Shown here: in pieces, positions 1-13,486 of the stretch | Position numbering within the stretch: position 1 is the stretch's first letter | Layout: every line of letters starts with the position of its first letter | Origin: Eledone cirrhosa | Lineage: Eukaryota | Direction: 5' to 3' | NCBI GenBank assembly: GCA_964016885.1 | Contig: OZ024741.1 | Location: 92,318,001 to 92,382,000, forward strand | DNA: 64,000 bases | The notes under the pieces: model-generated | Seen by the model: the letters and a program-made list of their open reading frames with translations, nothing else | Databases searched by the model: none | What the model was told of the DNA's origin: nothing | Program-made: the position numbers and the translations under genes

Positions 1-281
1 TCTACATCAGACTATAGGTGAGGAAGATGAAAGACCAAGGGAGCATCCCTTCTCTGTGCTCCTGAGGAGAAGGGTTGCACACTTTTTTTCGGGGGTGTGT
101 GCGACCCCCCCAAGGCACCTCCTCTCTATTGAGGACTTTGTTATACATTTTATTTTTTGTTATATTTTATTTTATTTTTATATATTGTTATTGCCTCCTC
201 CTTATTGAGGACGCCTTGTTTTGTAAACTCCCCCCATTGTACTTGTCCCACTTTTGATGCCCTGGTGGCAAATAAAAGAAA
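1..281 (+). mobile_element. 3' end of L1/Tx1-clade LINE (ORF end plus 3' UTR) ending in (TA)n
   Basis: Reads YIRL* at 3-17, matching the LYISL* terminus of the Tx1 copy at 29602. The 3' UTR ('tgtacttgtccc...gccctggtggcaaataaaagaaa') resembles the minus strand of 29366-29560 and has AATAAA before (TA)n. Confidence 0.7.
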
Positions 282-325
282 CATATCTATATATATATAT
301 GTATGTGTGTGTATATGTATATATA

Positions 326-385
<60 letters not shown>

Positions 386-404
386 AATGTGTCTGTTGAC
401 ACCT

Positions 405-820
405 GGAATATAGCTTAAGAGAAATATTTCGTTTCATTTTTTCGTTTCATTTTTTCCGTTTATCGTTTTCGGTGCACCCGACCGATTAACCCACTCGATA
501 TGCAAATTGGGCTACTCAGCCGTTAATATGCATAAGGTAAGTATATACGTTCAACAATCTGGCAGGAAGGTATACGTTGCTGATGATAGCTAATAAGCTT
601 GAAACTAGTACAGCGTTCCTTTGTCAGTGTTGAACAAACGAGCAACGATGGTTGCTAGACACTACAGCTTAATACGGGATGTTTGTTTACAAACACACCG
701 AGCATTATAATAAATGTTCGGTCAATCCATACGTACATATATATATGTGTGCATGTATGTATACATATATATATACTACTGTACGTCTGTATACATATAT
801 GTATGTACGTGTACATACTT
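405..820 (+). mobile_element. HHR-bearing non-coding repeat monomer (retrozyme-like family R2)
   Basis: Homologous to 14052-14757 and more distantly to 55661-56318; contains the HHR at 575-615; flanked by microsatellite. Confidence 0.7.
575..615 (+). ncRNA. Type I hammerhead ribozyme
   Basis: cgttg-CTGATGA-tAGCTaataAGCTt-GAAA-CTAG-TA-cagcg. Stem I extends via ctggca/tgtcag and gttcaaca/tgttgaac. Confidence 0.85.
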
Positions 821-838
821 ATATATATATATATATAT

Positions 839-972
839 AACAAAGAATGTGTGGTAAGATACCAGGTGGACCATAACACACACCAAAGTGTTCGATACTT
901 AGGGTAGTAGAGTAGGTAATATGAAAAGAGTCAGGACCCCGACGGCTGAGCTCCGGTCGTTTCGACAGCTAG
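839..972 (-). mobile_element. 5'-truncated pLTR-like module A (3' half of an HHR only)
   Basis: Homologous to 25049-25180, 41474-41570 and 50055-50247. Confidence 0.65.
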
Positions 973-997
973 ATGTATATATGTGTATGTATATGTT

Positions 998-1051
<54 letters not shown>

Positions 1052-1163
1052 TATAGATATATATGTGTGTGTGTGTGTGTATGCATGTGTATATATATAT
1101 ATATATATACTTATCCTTATCGAGCCCTCTTTGGATTTTAGTCTTCAAATTTATTATTATTAC

Positions 1164-1201
<38 letters not shown>

Positions 1202-1220
1202 ATATATATATATGTATATA

Positions 1221-1285
<65 letters not shown>

Positions 1286-1369
1286 TATATACACATACAT
1301 ACACCCACATGTGTATATATACACACACACACACACATAAACACACACACACACGCGCGCACACACCAT

Positions 1370-1470
<101 letters not shown>

Positions 1471-1678
1471 CCTTTTCCTCCTGGCCTTTTGATTAATAAA
1501 AGGCCTCGGGTGCACCCGAACAACACCGATGTCCTGTAATTCAGCGCTGAACATCGGTTCGGGAAACATTTACAGCTGACGAAGGAAACTCCTTTCTTCC
1601 TTTCTCCTCTTGTTCCGTCCTAACCACCATCCTAAACCTTGTTTTTAGTAACCACACAGCTCCTTTCGTTTCATATAC

Positions 1679-1749
<71 letters not shown>

Positions 1750-1815
1750 GAAGCTCCAACCGTTATGGTTGTCTTTTTTCCGGGTATGTCAATATTTATT
1801 TATAAAACAAATCTA

Positions 1816-1880
1816 TATTTTATCTGATGAAAGCGCACCATAATTTGCCTGGTTGCCCTTGAAATATGTATAATAAAATA
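1816..1880 (+). ncRNA. Type I hammerhead ribozyme
   Basis: tattttat-CTGATGA-(AAG..GCACCA/TGGTTGC..CTT)-GAAA-TATGTA-TA-ataaaata; same family as 42650-42715. Confidence 0.7.
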
Positions 1881-1911
1881 AATATGGTTTTATAAATATA
1901 GTTTCCATTTA

Positions 1912-1970
<59 letters not shown>

Positions 1971-2092
1971 GTGTGTATAATGGTAGCTATAGGCGGTATG
2001 CCAAAATTAGCACTCAATATTCATACAGAGCAGAGTGAGGATAGTATTAAAAAAAAACCAAAATCAGTGATGCATCTGGACTCAGTTTATTG

Positions 2093-2183
2093 CGTGTTAC
2101 AATTGTTTCGCCGGCAGGTAGCTCGAGACATGATCACTTTATGGATCTGGCTGATTCTACGGCTGCAGGTTTCTTCGGACACG
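2093..2183 (-). ncRNA. Type I hammerhead ribozyme, CCGA (U4C) variant
   Basis: Minus strand: cgtgt-CCGAAGA-long stem II-GAAA-CAATTG-TA-acacg, followed by AATAAA. Confidence 0.7.
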
Positions 2184-2502
2184 GCAGTTCGTTCGGAGCA
2201 CATTTTCTCACTGGGGTGTTATCGTCAAAAAACATCTTCCATTCTTGTCATGCCATTGGCTGTTGTTATATTACGTCATCTTAAGTTCTGGTCACTATTT
2301 ACTGCTACACGGGTCATCAGCCATTTTCCATCCGACACACTTCAATGGAGCGTTGCTGGGTTCGGTATCTCACACGTCTGTTCACACTCCCGAGTATGTA
2401 CCCACATATATGCACACACACACACGCGCAGGCACACACACATGCATGCATACACATATGTACGCATACGCATACGCATACATATATATATATATATTTA
2501 TT

Positions 2503-2725
2503 TATTTATTAAAATAACAAATTAAAGTTTAAGCAAAGAATCGCTGCTTTCACCATTAACAGGATCTTCAGAAGATCCCGTTAAGGGTGAAAGCAGCGAT
2601 TCTTTGCTTAAACTTTAATCTGTTATTTTAATAAATATTTGCTCTACGGTTCTTATATATTTGATATATATTTATCCTTAACGAGCCTTCTTTGGATTTT
2701 AGTCTTCAAATTTATTATTATTACT
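2503..2725. mobile_element. Module B pLTR-like element with fold-back inverted repeat and CAGAAGA-core HHR
   Basis: Arms 2503-2568 and 2572-2637; HHR core at 2569-2614. Other copies at 1111-1163, 43079-43142, 44147-44208, 49097-49160 and 59841-60055. Confidence 0.7.
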
Positions 2726-2730
2726 ATATA

Positions 2731-2766
<36 letters not shown>

Positions 2767-3261
2767 TGTATGTATGTATGTATGTATGTATGTATGTATG
2801 TATGTATGTATGTATGTATGTATGTATGTGTGTGTGTGTGTATATCAGCACAACATACACAAAAGAATGACACTGTCGCACGTTACACTAACACCTGTTC
2901 TAGTGGATAGTATAAGTTAGTTAACCTAACGTCACCGATGGCGACAATACTATATAACGTCCATTGCTAGTCAGTTGCCTTTTGTTGGGGAAATCTCTCT
3001 CCTTCTCTTTCTCTCTCTACTGTTAAACTGTTAATTACAACCACATACAAAGAAACAGTCAATTAGACTTCTGTTTTGTCTGTCACTAGGTCTTAAATAA
3101 CGTTTATACTCTGTGTGTGAGTGTGTGTGTTTGCGTGCGCATGTATGTGTGTGTGTGCATGACTGTATCTAAGTGTACTTATCTTTGTGTAGCCGTTTGT
3201 GTGTGCGTGATTACGTGCGTGTGTGTGTTTGTTTGTGTAGTTGTTTGTATGTATGTGTGTC

Positions 3262-3680
3262 TAGGTGCGTATGTGTATGTTTCTGTATTTGTGTGTGTAG
3301 ATGTGTTTGTATGTATGTGTGTGTAGGTGCGTATGTGTATGTTTCTGTATTTGTGTGTGTAGATGTGTTTGTATATATGTGTGTGTAGGTGCGTATGTGT
3401 ATGTTTCTGTATTTGAGTGTGTAGATGTGTTTGTATATATGTGTGTGTAGGTGCGTATGTGTATGTTTCTGTATTTGAGTGTGTAGATGTGTTTGTATGT
3501 ATGTGTGTGTAGGTGCGTATGTGTATGTTTCTGTATTTGAGTGTGTAGATGTTTGTATGTATATGTGTGTAGTGTGTATGTGTTTGTATGTATGTGTGTG
3601 TAGGTGCGTATGTGTATGTTTCTGTATTTGAGTCTGTAGATGTGTTTGTATGTATGTGTGTGTTGGTGCGTATGTGTATG
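3262..3680. repeat. 62-bp GT-rich minisatellite, about 6 copies
   Basis: 'taggtgcgtatgtgtatgtttctgtatttg' recurs at 3262, 3324, 3386, 3448, 3510 and 3601. Confidence 0.9.
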
Positions 3681-3830
3681 TGCAGGAGTGTTTTTATAAT
3701 TGTTTGTCTGTGTATGTGCGTGTATGTTATTTCTTTCTTTTTAACAACAGGAGCTGTGTGGCCGCTCATTCCGCCAGACTGTGCGTCAGCTGGAATAGCT
3801 TCTTTACCTTTTGGTCTATTCACATTAGAA

Positions 3831-3934
<104 letters not shown>

Positions 3935-4231
3935 GGAACACTGCTTCAAAACACAACGGAGAGATAGATAGATATTCTTTTGTACATCTATTATTTAATT
4001 CTTTTATTGGTTTTAGTGGTTAGGCTGTGGCCAGGCTACAGAACTGCCTTAAGTAACAATATCCGTCCAGACATGGACTCTTAACTACTGACTAAGTTGT
4101 AGGGGTATCGTTTTCAACATTTAAACCTGAGAAGCAACCATCCCTTTTCATGTCTGAACAGAGCCGATGACTTCCAGGGAAAAGGTGAGACAGAAAAAAA
4201 CATGAGATCTAGCATGAATCGACCTCTGCAC

Positions 4232-4620
4232 TGGTACTTTATTTATCGACCTCACAGTAATGAAAGGCAAAGTTGACCTCAGCACGATTTGAACTCAGAG
4301 CACACAGATCCGGAACAAATACCACACTGCACTGCGACTTCAGTACGATTTGAACTCAGAGAGCCAGAACGAATATTGCAACACATTCTATCTAACAACT
4401 CTGCCCATTTACAGCTTTCAAGTAATAATTGTTTCTACTATTGGCACAAGGCCAGCAAATACCCAGTACATTACTGGTACTTTATTTTATCGACCCCATA
4501 AGGATGAAAGGCAAAGTTAACCTCGGCGGGATTTGAACTCAGAATGGCAAGGGCCGTAACTCTATGCGTCAAAGCATGGTGTCCGACCCTCTACCGATAC
4601 TGCCAATTCAAGTAATAATG
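4232..4620 (-). mobile_element. Tandem tRNA-derived SINE copies (Meta-domain-like)
   Basis: Reverse complement of the 9071-9462 SINE, including B box GTTCAAATC and 'gcctttcatcc..ggggtcgataaaata..tacca'. Confidence 0.75.
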
Positions 4621-5022
4621 TTCAAATCCGAAACGAAGCATCTTACAAGTTTGGAAAATTAAACCGTCTACATATCGACCCTAATGAGACTCGAACATCC
4701 AACCTTTGGCTCGGGAGGTCTTCACCTTATTTGTTAAGCCACATATATTTTTCGCACAAACTTTATGTAGCTAATTATTATATTTTATTTTATTTTCATT
4801 TTCATTTTCTGCATAAGGCTACTTTATAGAATTGTATTTTGTTTACTCCCACCGTCCCTCCTGAAATTTTGTATTTTCACAGTTGGCTTTTCTCCATGTT
4901 TCATAGACTATATATAGGATTCTACCAGTGTGTACCGAACTACAAAGAAAAAGAAAGGTCTTTCGAAACGCCATTATGAAAGGCTTTCTTATTTAAAACA
5001 CTTGACTGGATTTTTTGTTTGA

Positions 5023-5317
5023 AAAAAAAAGAAAAAAATATCAAGGTAAATCTTTTTATTTCTTTATATATTTTATCAGTAATTGTTAATGTCTTTTAAA
5101 ATTTGAAACGAAAAATACAAAAAAGAAAAAAATATCAAGGTAAATCTTTTTATTTCTTTATATATTTTATCAGTAATTGTTAATGTCTTTTAAAATTTGA
5201 AACGAAAAATACAAAAAAGAAAAAAATATCAAGGTAAATCTTTTTATTTCTTTATATATTTTATCAGTAATTGTTAATGTCTTTTAAAATTTGAAACGAA
5301 AAATACAAAAAAGAAAA
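5023..5317. repeat. 94-bp AT-rich tandem repeat x3
   Basis: 'tcaaggtaaatctttt' at 5041, 5135 and 5229. Confidence 0.95.
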
Positions 5318-5376
5318 TAATTTGATTTGTTTTGATAAGGAACTGTGTTAGTTTCTTGGGAGTATCATTAACAATA

Positions 5377-5571
5377 CAGACCTGTCAACTTACTCCGTCA
5401 GACGGGGAGATCACCCACCCACTTTGGGGTGAGTGAGAGGGGTTTTCTCTTGTGAAAATGGGTATAGCTTTCAGTATGTAAAACCTCCCCATTTTGCCTC
5501 ATTTCTCCCCGTTGTGGGACACTTTTTTTCATGGTACTTCCCGTTTGGGTTTTTAGAGGTTGGCAGGTCTG
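5377..5571. mobile_element. MITE with 14-bp TIR and 6-bp TSD
   Basis: TIR cagacctgtcaact / ggttggcaggtctg; ACAATA on both flanks (5371-5376 and 5572-5577). Confidence 0.75.
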
Positions 5572-5718
5572 ACAATAGATCTCAAAAGAGGAAAATGAAA
5601 ACATCTCGTTTGATTCATTAATTTCTCATATATTATTTAGGTAAAGGTTGGGTAGGTTTAGGGTTCGATAGGATTGGGGCTATGATTAAGGTCCCCCCAT
5701 TGGCTCTTGTATGTGCAT

Positions 5719-5949
5719 CAGCAGTTCCCAGCTTGGGGTCCATAAGCTAAGTTCGAAATTTCAAGAATTTTTTTAAAAAGATAATATACACATCTATGCT
5801 TCTCTAAGTATAAACATTTATCTCGTTCAATCAATTGTTATTCCCACCATTTAACAATCTGGAAGGAAGCTAATTATAGAAAAGGTTTTGTGGGGAAAAT
5901 TCATTTAAATAAAAGGAACCCCTGATAGTAAGAAGGTTGGAAACCACTG
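5719..5949. mobile_element. Old hAT-like MITE
   Basis: Imperfect TIR cagcagttcccagctt / aggttggaaaccactg, resembling the hAT-Charlie CAGTGGTTCCCAAC type; TSD is not clean. Confidence 0.5.
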
Positions 5950-6424
5950 GTATATATATATATCGAAGTCCACTTGGTTGTGGTGGGCTGATAACGTTGT
6001 TAGAACTCAATGTGTACTTGGATGGATGGTTGCAGCAAGATTTGCCAGTGTGACAGGTAGTTCTTGTGGTAGGTGATCACCGCCTACGGTATCCTCGAAG
6101 AAAATCTGTCCGGGTTACAGAGTCATTTACATATATGTGTTTGAACAATAAAAACAGAAGTCAGGTGTAGGAGAGTTAGTTCATTTTATTGTTCAAACAC
6201 ATATATATAAGAATAACATTAAGATGCTGTGATTAAATAAAGCGTTTATTCGTTATAATTAACTCCATGGTTACCCTTGTGCAATACAAGATACAGTATC
6301 TGCATTTGTTGTTGGTACGGAAGCGATTTCTTCAGATGAACATTCGTTTATGTGATATGCTGCATACAAAAACATGTTCTTCTTCTGTTCCCGGCAAGTA
6401 TATATATATATATATATATATATG

Positions 6425-6895
6425 ATTTTTTTTTTCGTCGTTTTGGAAGCCTCAACAATGCAGATGGGTAAATCTCCAGGTAACAGAATCCGGTGGTGAA
6501 GAGAGAGATGTAAGGGAATGTAGAATGAGATGTATAGTGTGTAAAGGAACGTAGGAAAGAGCGTAAAAAATAAAAATAATAACAGCGGACAGCAGAGGTC
6601 ACGTACCGTTCCTCTCCGATAGATAATCCCCCCCCCCCAGTTGATGGATGCGAATCCGAAATATAGGGACAATTAAATCTCTCCCAAGGTAACTCTTTCT
6701 CGTGTTATTATTTTTATTTTTTACGCTCTTTCCTACGTTCCTCTACACACTATACATCTCATTCTACATTCCCTTACATCTCTCTCTTCACCACCGGATT
6801 CTGTTACCCGGAGTTTACCCATCTTCATTGTTGAGGCTTCCAAAACGACAAAAAAAAATCTTATTATTCCACAATGCTTCAAGCAAACTTCAATA

Positions 6896-6900
<5 letters not shown>
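6425..6900. mobile_element. Module F: PLE 3' end/pLTR with inverted partial copy
   Basis: Inverted arms at about 6428-6583 and 6703-6860; homologous to 52140-52432, which is the 3' end of the GIY-YIG element at 51014. Confidence 0.75.
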
Positions 6901-6941
<41 letters not shown>

Positions 6942-7078
6942 CCCGCTTCTCATTGATCTGTAAAGATCACTCTTGCGAGTATATCATCAAACATTTTAAA
7001 CATCTCATGTGTATTTTATTTGAAGAAGGCATGCTCTGATTTAGGTTAAACATAAACTTTTGCATCTCAGAAATATAT

Positions 7079-7270
7079 ACAGGGTGGGGCAGAAAGGTTG
7101 CCCCGATTTCAAAGATTAATTAAAATACAATCACATGATGATAAGAGAAAAGATTTCGTATTTATAGTAAGTACATTACATGACATTGTGGTTTAAGTGG
7201 TTTTGAAAATGGAATCACTTAAGTGACGACCGCCCATGTCGATATAATGACATAGAAAGCGATGTTGTAA
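7079..7270 (-). mobile_element. Tc1/mariner relic (TIR plus transposase C-terminus)
   Basis: TA-CAGGGTG terminus; the minus strand reads ..MGGRHLSDSIFKTT*, typical of Tc1/mariner-family transposase ends. Confidence 0.6.
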
Positions 7271-7367
7271 AGTTTATTACTCCAGATAAATATTATTTGT
7301 CGAGTGGTTCGTATTTGTTATGAACATAACTCGATTGATTACATATCAACGAAATATTTAACTCATT

Positions 7368-7420
<53 letters not shown>

Positions 7421-7954
7421 CGGAACGTGCGAAATGAATCTAGTGATTCGGGCGAGATATTTTAATTTCCTTCATTCGAGATCTATTACCAATGATACCA
7501 ATTTCCTATCAATTGAACTGTCTCAAATATGCTACTGTTATTTGATATCTTGATTTATTTTGGTAGTATATGAAAACCGGAATCACGTGAACCAGAACTA
7601 AATTATAATGGCTCCTTCTGGCTAACACACTTCTATCCCAAACATGCCAGATATATTTTAAATTCTTTTAATTGACTGAGCGCTATTGTTTACACAAGAA
7701 CAGTGTAGTTGATTGTATCGAACAATGGCACTTTATCGACACAAGATTAGTAAAAACACAAATACGACGACAGCAGAATATGAACTCAGAATTTAGAAGG
7801 TAAAATAAAGGGACCTGAATTCCTGGTTGGAGTTATAGGGCATCGTCATTACACACGGCGTGTCTTGGTATTTTAAAACTGGTGAAGCCCATTCTTCTCC
7901 AGATCGGAACACGGCCGATTTCTTTCAAAAAGAGAAGGGGGAAGAATCGATCCC

Positions 7955-8090
7955 AGTACTGGTTTGGTACTTTACTTATTGACCTCGAAAGAGTGAAAGG
8001 CAAAGCTGACCGCGGCAGAATTTGAACTCAGAGCGCAGTGAACCAAAACAAATGCCGAGGCATTTTTAATTCAACTCTTTCAGTTCGCTA
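7955..8090 (-). mobile_element. tRNA-derived SINE copy
   Basis: Same family as 9071-9462. Confidence 0.7.
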
Positions 8091-8490
8091 CCCTAGAACT
8101 CAGAACGGAAATCCTCAAACCTTTTGACAATTGACCCCATCATGGAATCTTAGACCCCCTCCTCGTCTACTTAAGGCATGCACAACAATAAACTATCGTA
8201 GCTAGAATGCCTTTGATGAGTGGTTTGGTCAATCAGGAGTGGGTTGAAGTTAAGCAACAACAACAAAAAAAACCAGTAACATCTTATATATCCTAATGCG
8301 CGTATCCCTTGCCGTCCTCCGGGGAAACGCCTTCTCTATTCTGTCCCCCGGGGCTATGGGGAGACAAGCTGATTATATTACGAATTCTGTTGAATAGTCT
8401 TAAATACCTCAATATTTTGATTCTGTGTATAGGACAGGAATTTTTGTCGATCTATCTGTCTGTTTGTCTGTCTGTCTATCTATCTATGTG

Positions 8491-9052
8491 GGTCAAGGTG
8501 AACGGCTACCTCTCGGAGCCGTTCCATATCACGCGATCCATTCGACAGGGATGCCCTCTCTCCTCCCTTCTGTACGTACTGACTCTCGAGCCACTACTGC
8601 GGAAGTTGGAGCTATTGCAGGGCATCCCTCTGGAACCGGGACTGCGGAAAGCGGCGTCGACCTACGCCGACGACTTGACAGTAATGGTGTCGAGCGCCTC
8701 GCAAATCGAGGAAGTCGGCACCTTACTGAAGGAATACGAAAGTTTTACAGGAGCGAAGCTGAACCGGGACAAGTCCATCGGTTTGCAACTCGGATCGTGG
8801 AGAGGCAAACCGATGGCTTCCGATGGCTTCGTCGGACGCTGGACGGAAGGACCGGTAAAGCTGCTCGGGGTCTGGTTTGGTCCGGACCTCCAGGTGGAGA
8901 AGAACTGGAACGAAGTGACGGCCAAGGTGTTTGCACTCACCCAGAAGTGGGCCGAGTGCAAACTATCCTTGAAAGGTCGAGCGGAGGTGGCGAACACTTT
9001 TATAGCGTCCGCCATCTACTACCGCTTGACCGTCGTGCCTTGTCCAGCCAAA
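8491..9052 (+). pseudogene. L1/Tx1 reverse transcriptase fragment
   Basis: SIRQGCPLS and YADD motifs; near-identical to part of 27844-28405. Confidence 0.9.
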
Positions 9053-9070
9053 CATTATTTAGTTTCAATA

Positions 9071-9462
9071 AGGGCGGTGAATTGGCAGTATCGGTAGAGG
9101 GTCGAACATGCTTTCCAGCGTAGTTACGTCCCTTTACGATCTGAGTTCAAATCCCGCTGAGGTTAACTTTGCCTTTCATCCTTACGGGGTCGATAAAATA
9201 AAGTACCAGTAATTATACTGGGTAATTGCTGGCCTTGTGCCAAAAATAGAAACAATTATTTAGTTTCAATGGCTGTGGATTGGCAGTATCGGCAGAGGGT
9301 CGGACGCCATGATTTGCAGCATAGAGTTATGGCCCTTTATGTTCTGAGTTCAAATCCCACTGATGTTAACTTTGTCTTTCATCCTTACGGGGTCGATAAA
9401 ATAAAGTACCAGTAATACACTGGGATAATTTTTGGCCTTATGCCAAAAGTAGAAACAATTAT
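9071..9462 (+). mobile_element. Tandem dimer of tRNA-derived SINE (Meta-domain-like)
   Basis: A box TGGCAGTATCGG, B box GTTCAAATCC and core 'ctttcatccttacggggtcgataaaataaagtaccag'; two copies of about 200 bp. Confidence 0.8.
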
Positions 9463-10319
9463 TATTTCATCTCTCAGTCTAGAGTACAAATCTTGCCGGT
9501 ATCTAATTGATTTTTAAAATCTATTTCACAGGCCATTTCACAAATAACATCTATTTCACAGGCCATCTACGAGTCAAATATTTTCTGTTTTCTCTGTCCT
9601 CTGTTTGTATTTGCCGTAATTCATTTATTGATTAACTAATTATGCAATCCGAACCTGATGATGTCGCCTGGATCTTACATAACCAGGCTATTGGATATAT
9701 ATATAGTGTTTTTGCAACAATAATTCCTGCACCAGCCACAGGATTCAACATATATATATATAGATATATTCATTAGTTAAGCAAAACAAGACCACAAATT
9801 TCAATGGACGAAGAAACTCTTGTGATCTCTGTCTTACCGAAGCCAATTACATAACTCTATCACGAACTCTACCGATTAATGATAGAACGGAGGTAACTAT
9901 TAGCTGTCAACATCGAAGGGCAAATTCCTTCGCCAACAGAATATTTGACCCAACATAGTCATCTAATCCCACTTTTACTTATAGCTAACTTAGATAATTA
10001 TAAGTTACCTCCCGTACATTGTCTCTCACTTAAACACATTAGCACTTCTTAACTATAAATCACCTACAATTTCTAATTTCTCAAGAAACCAGCCTCTAAT
10101 TAGTAAAATAAATATGTCCTTTGGCGGCCATCTTGTTACCCATAGGCAGATCTCGCATAATGCAGCCTCGACAGAGGAATATTGCTCGCCTATGGCAGAC
10201 AATAGATAGACCCAGGACACCATAATGAAATACCAATATATGGAACATTACATTCATGTAACCATCTTTCTTTACCTTAATTTATATTCCTTATCAATAT
10301 TTTCATCATCTCTTTTGAA

Positions 10320-10420
10320 GTTCCGACGAACTGCTCCATTTTTACCTAAGTTAATTATCTTCATCTGAACCAGATCAATAATTATCTATAATCATTTGGA
10401 GTAGCGAAACAATTGTAAAC
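10320..10420 (+). ncRNA. Type I hammerhead ribozyme, CCGA variant with large loop II
   Basis: gtt-CCGACGA-aCTGCTCCA...TGGAGTAGc-GAAA-CAATTG-TA-aac. Confidence 0.65.
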
Positions 10421-10423
10421 GGA

Positions 10424-10482
<59 letters not shown>

Positions 10483-10520
10483 TTTACATTCCTTACATTA
10501 AACTACAACTATGTTGACAA

Positions 10521-13486
10521 GAAGAAACAGGTCCTAACCAAACAACAAGCAAATCTCGCTTAGTTAGCTGTAAAAAGCAAATAATAGTTAGCTCCTTGAA
10601 CACCAGAACCCTCCTTCCAACAGGTAGACTCCAGGAGCTGGCAGAGAATGCCAAACTTCAGAACATTGACATCCTTGCGGTCCAAGAACACCGCTTTTTC
10701 CACCCAAAGGATGATCTCAAGTATCACACTCTAGGATCCTACCAACTTGTCACCTCTTCAGCCACCAAGAACCCTGTCAATGCCTCCGTCGGAGGAGTCG
10801 GCTGCCTTCTCTCATCTAAAGCCAGCAATAATCTTCTGGGGATTTAAACAATCTCTCCCAGAATCTTGGTGCTTACACTAGAGGGCAATCCTAGAACCAC
10901 TGCGATATGTATATACAGTCCTGATAACGCCTCTCCTGAGGATGAGGTAAGAGAATTCTACACGACCCTTCGCACAGTTGCTGAGCAAGTACCCTTACAC
11001 AACTTTCTTATCATCGCTGGAGACCTCAACGCTCAACTTGGCCCGGATGAAGTAAAGTTCACATACAATAGGGTTACTAACCGAAACGGGGAATATCTCA
11101 AGGACTTCATGGAATAATTCAGTCTATTCAGCTCAAACAACAGCTTCATGAAGACCAGAGGCCAGCTTTGGACCTTCGAATACCCAAACCAAAAACGAGC
11201 TCAGATTGACTATTTGATATTTCGCAAGAAATGGAGAAACTCAATCAAAAATTCTAGATCTTATTCCTCCTTTAGCTCTGTTGGCTCAGATCATCGAGTC
11301 ATCTCGGCAACAATCAAACTTAGCCTCAGGATATCCAAGAGGGCCGAACCTCATCCCATGAAAAGAATAGACTGGAAAGCCGTTTCTTCCAACAAACAAC
11401 TATCCAATAGCTTCACGCTTCAAGTCTATAACAGATTTCAATCTCTCTCAACTTCTGACATCAATGACGATAATATTGAAGATGTGTATGACTGTCTTAA
11501 GCAATCAACAGAGGAAGTTGCACTTGCCACCCTACCTAAAAAGAAAAGCCGAAGCCAAATGAAACCTAGTGCCTCAGAGAAGGTAGTTGAGGAAAGGGCC
11601 CATCTTAGGTCAATATCCCAATCTCACCATCAATCACCATCTCAAGGGAAAAAGATACAGCTTATCATGGCCAAAAAATCACTAGACGACGCTTATCTTA
11701 ATGCTGAAGCCGACTATATCTCAGGTAGGATTGATCAGCTATCGCAACATCACATCAGCAAACACCATCATCTTGCTTGGAAGGTTGTCAAAGATCTTTC
11801 AGGCAAAAACTCAAACTCTGCAGTTAGAATCAAAGGAGGCTCTGCCAAAAAACGTCTTGAAAATTGGTCTGCTCATTTTAAAAACCTTCTAGGGAAAAAG
11901 GCCAGACTCCCTGATAACTATCAACTGCCATCTGTTCAGGTTTCAGAGCCTTTAGGAATCAACACCTCTCCTTTCACCATGCCTGAGCTCAAAGAAGCCA
12001 TCAAACAGCTCAAAGCCTCAAAAGCCTTTGGGCCGGATAATATACCTACCCTGATTTGGAAGGATGAGCATTTCCACATCCTTTTGCTCAACTTATGTAA
12101 CCATACTTTCGAGACCAATAAACCACCTAGCGTCTGGCATGCAGCTCAAATTATCCCCATGCCCCAAAAAGGAGATCTTTCTTTAGCCACCAACTATAGA
12201 GGAATTTCTCTCATGGCAATTGCTGCAAAAATATACAACAAGCTTCTTCTTAACCACTTAATCCCATTTCTTGAGCCAATCCTTCGTAACAACCAGAATG
12301 GATTTAGGAGAGGTAGATCAACACTTAGTCAGATTCTCTGCCTTCGCCGACTTATAGAGGAGTCCCAAAACCGCAATCTAGACCTTGCACTCATCTTTGT
12401 TGATTTTTCAAAAGCCTTCGACTCAGTTGACAGGTTGGGGATATTTGAAATTCTACAACTCTATGGGATTCCTGATAAAATCATCGCAGCCATACGTGTA
12501 ATGTATACAGATACCAAATCAACTGTCCTGACCCCAGATGGGGAAACCACCTTTCTCAATCCTCGCTGGAATTTTACAGGGCGATACCCTTGCTCCGTAT
12601 CTATTTATCATTGTTGTGGATTATGTTTTGCGCATGTCTGTGGATAGGATTCAGGATAGGGGATACCAACTACAGCCTAGGAGAAGCTCACGCTACCCAG
12701 CAAAATACTTGACCGACACCGACTTTGCTGACGACATCGCATTGACCAGGCGGTCACTGGAAAATGCTGAGAGTCTTTTGAGGTCATTAGAGCAAGCGTC
12801 CAACTGTGTTGGACTGTACCTCAACGAATCCAAGACTGAGTATGTGAACAGATGCGCAAACAGCCCAAACTACCCCATCAGAACCTTTAATGGTACCACC
12901 CTTAAGCAGGTGGAAGATTACAAGTATCTTGGCTCATATATCTCCTCCCCCAAAAAAGATTTTCTAACCAGGAAGGGTATGGCATGGTCATCATGCAATG
13001 ACATGCACGCCATATGGACATCTCAACTTACCAACAAGCTAAAACTGGAAATATTCCAAGCAACCATTAAGCCCATATTACTTTATGGATCCGAAACTTG
13101 GACACTAACATCACAACTTGAGAGGAGATTGGATGGCACATATACCCGCCTCTTAATGAGAGTGCAAACCTATCCTGGAAACGACATCCCACCTTGTCTA
13201 AAATCTATGGCAAACTCCCTCGAGCCTCTGCCCTTCTAAAATCCCGGAGAGCTCAATTTGCTGGCCACTGTCACCGTGCCAGCAATGAAATCATATCCGC
13301 TCTCTTGCTCTGGAACCCTGACTCCAGCCTGACTAGGAGTAGGAAGCTGTCATTCCCTGACGTTATCTCTAAGGATACGGGAATCAGTAGACAGGACCTG
13401 GGGGAAGCGATGGAGGCCAGGGAATTCTGGGGCATGAGAGTGAGATCCATCATCTCGACAGTAGTCGACGAGTGATGATGATGATG
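10521..13486 (+). mobile_element. RTE-clade LINE, AP endonuclease plus RT, disrupted by stops and frameshifts
   Basis: APE motifs (LAVQE, IAGDLNA, QIDY, SDH); RT motifs ([32 protein letters not shown]); (GAT)n tail; candidate TSD ATGTT(G/A)ACAA at 10511-10520 and 13484-13493. Confidence 0.92.

Noticed and set aside
1577-1600. CTGACGAAGGAAAC as an HHR core
   Set aside because: No stem II, stem III or stem I pairing was found.
1971-2525. 184-aa ORF as a host gene
   Set aside because: No recognisable domain; it lies antisense to an HHR island and ends in microsatellite.
6632-6670. HHR in module F (also 52136-52172)
   Set aside because: Stem II, GAAA-TATA and ccc/ggg are suggestive, but the core reads CAGTTGA or CACTTGA, which is too degenerate to call.
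9652-9710. HHR with CTGATGA and a GCCTGG/CCAGGC stem
   Set aside because: GAAA is replaced by GGAT; at best a decayed copy.
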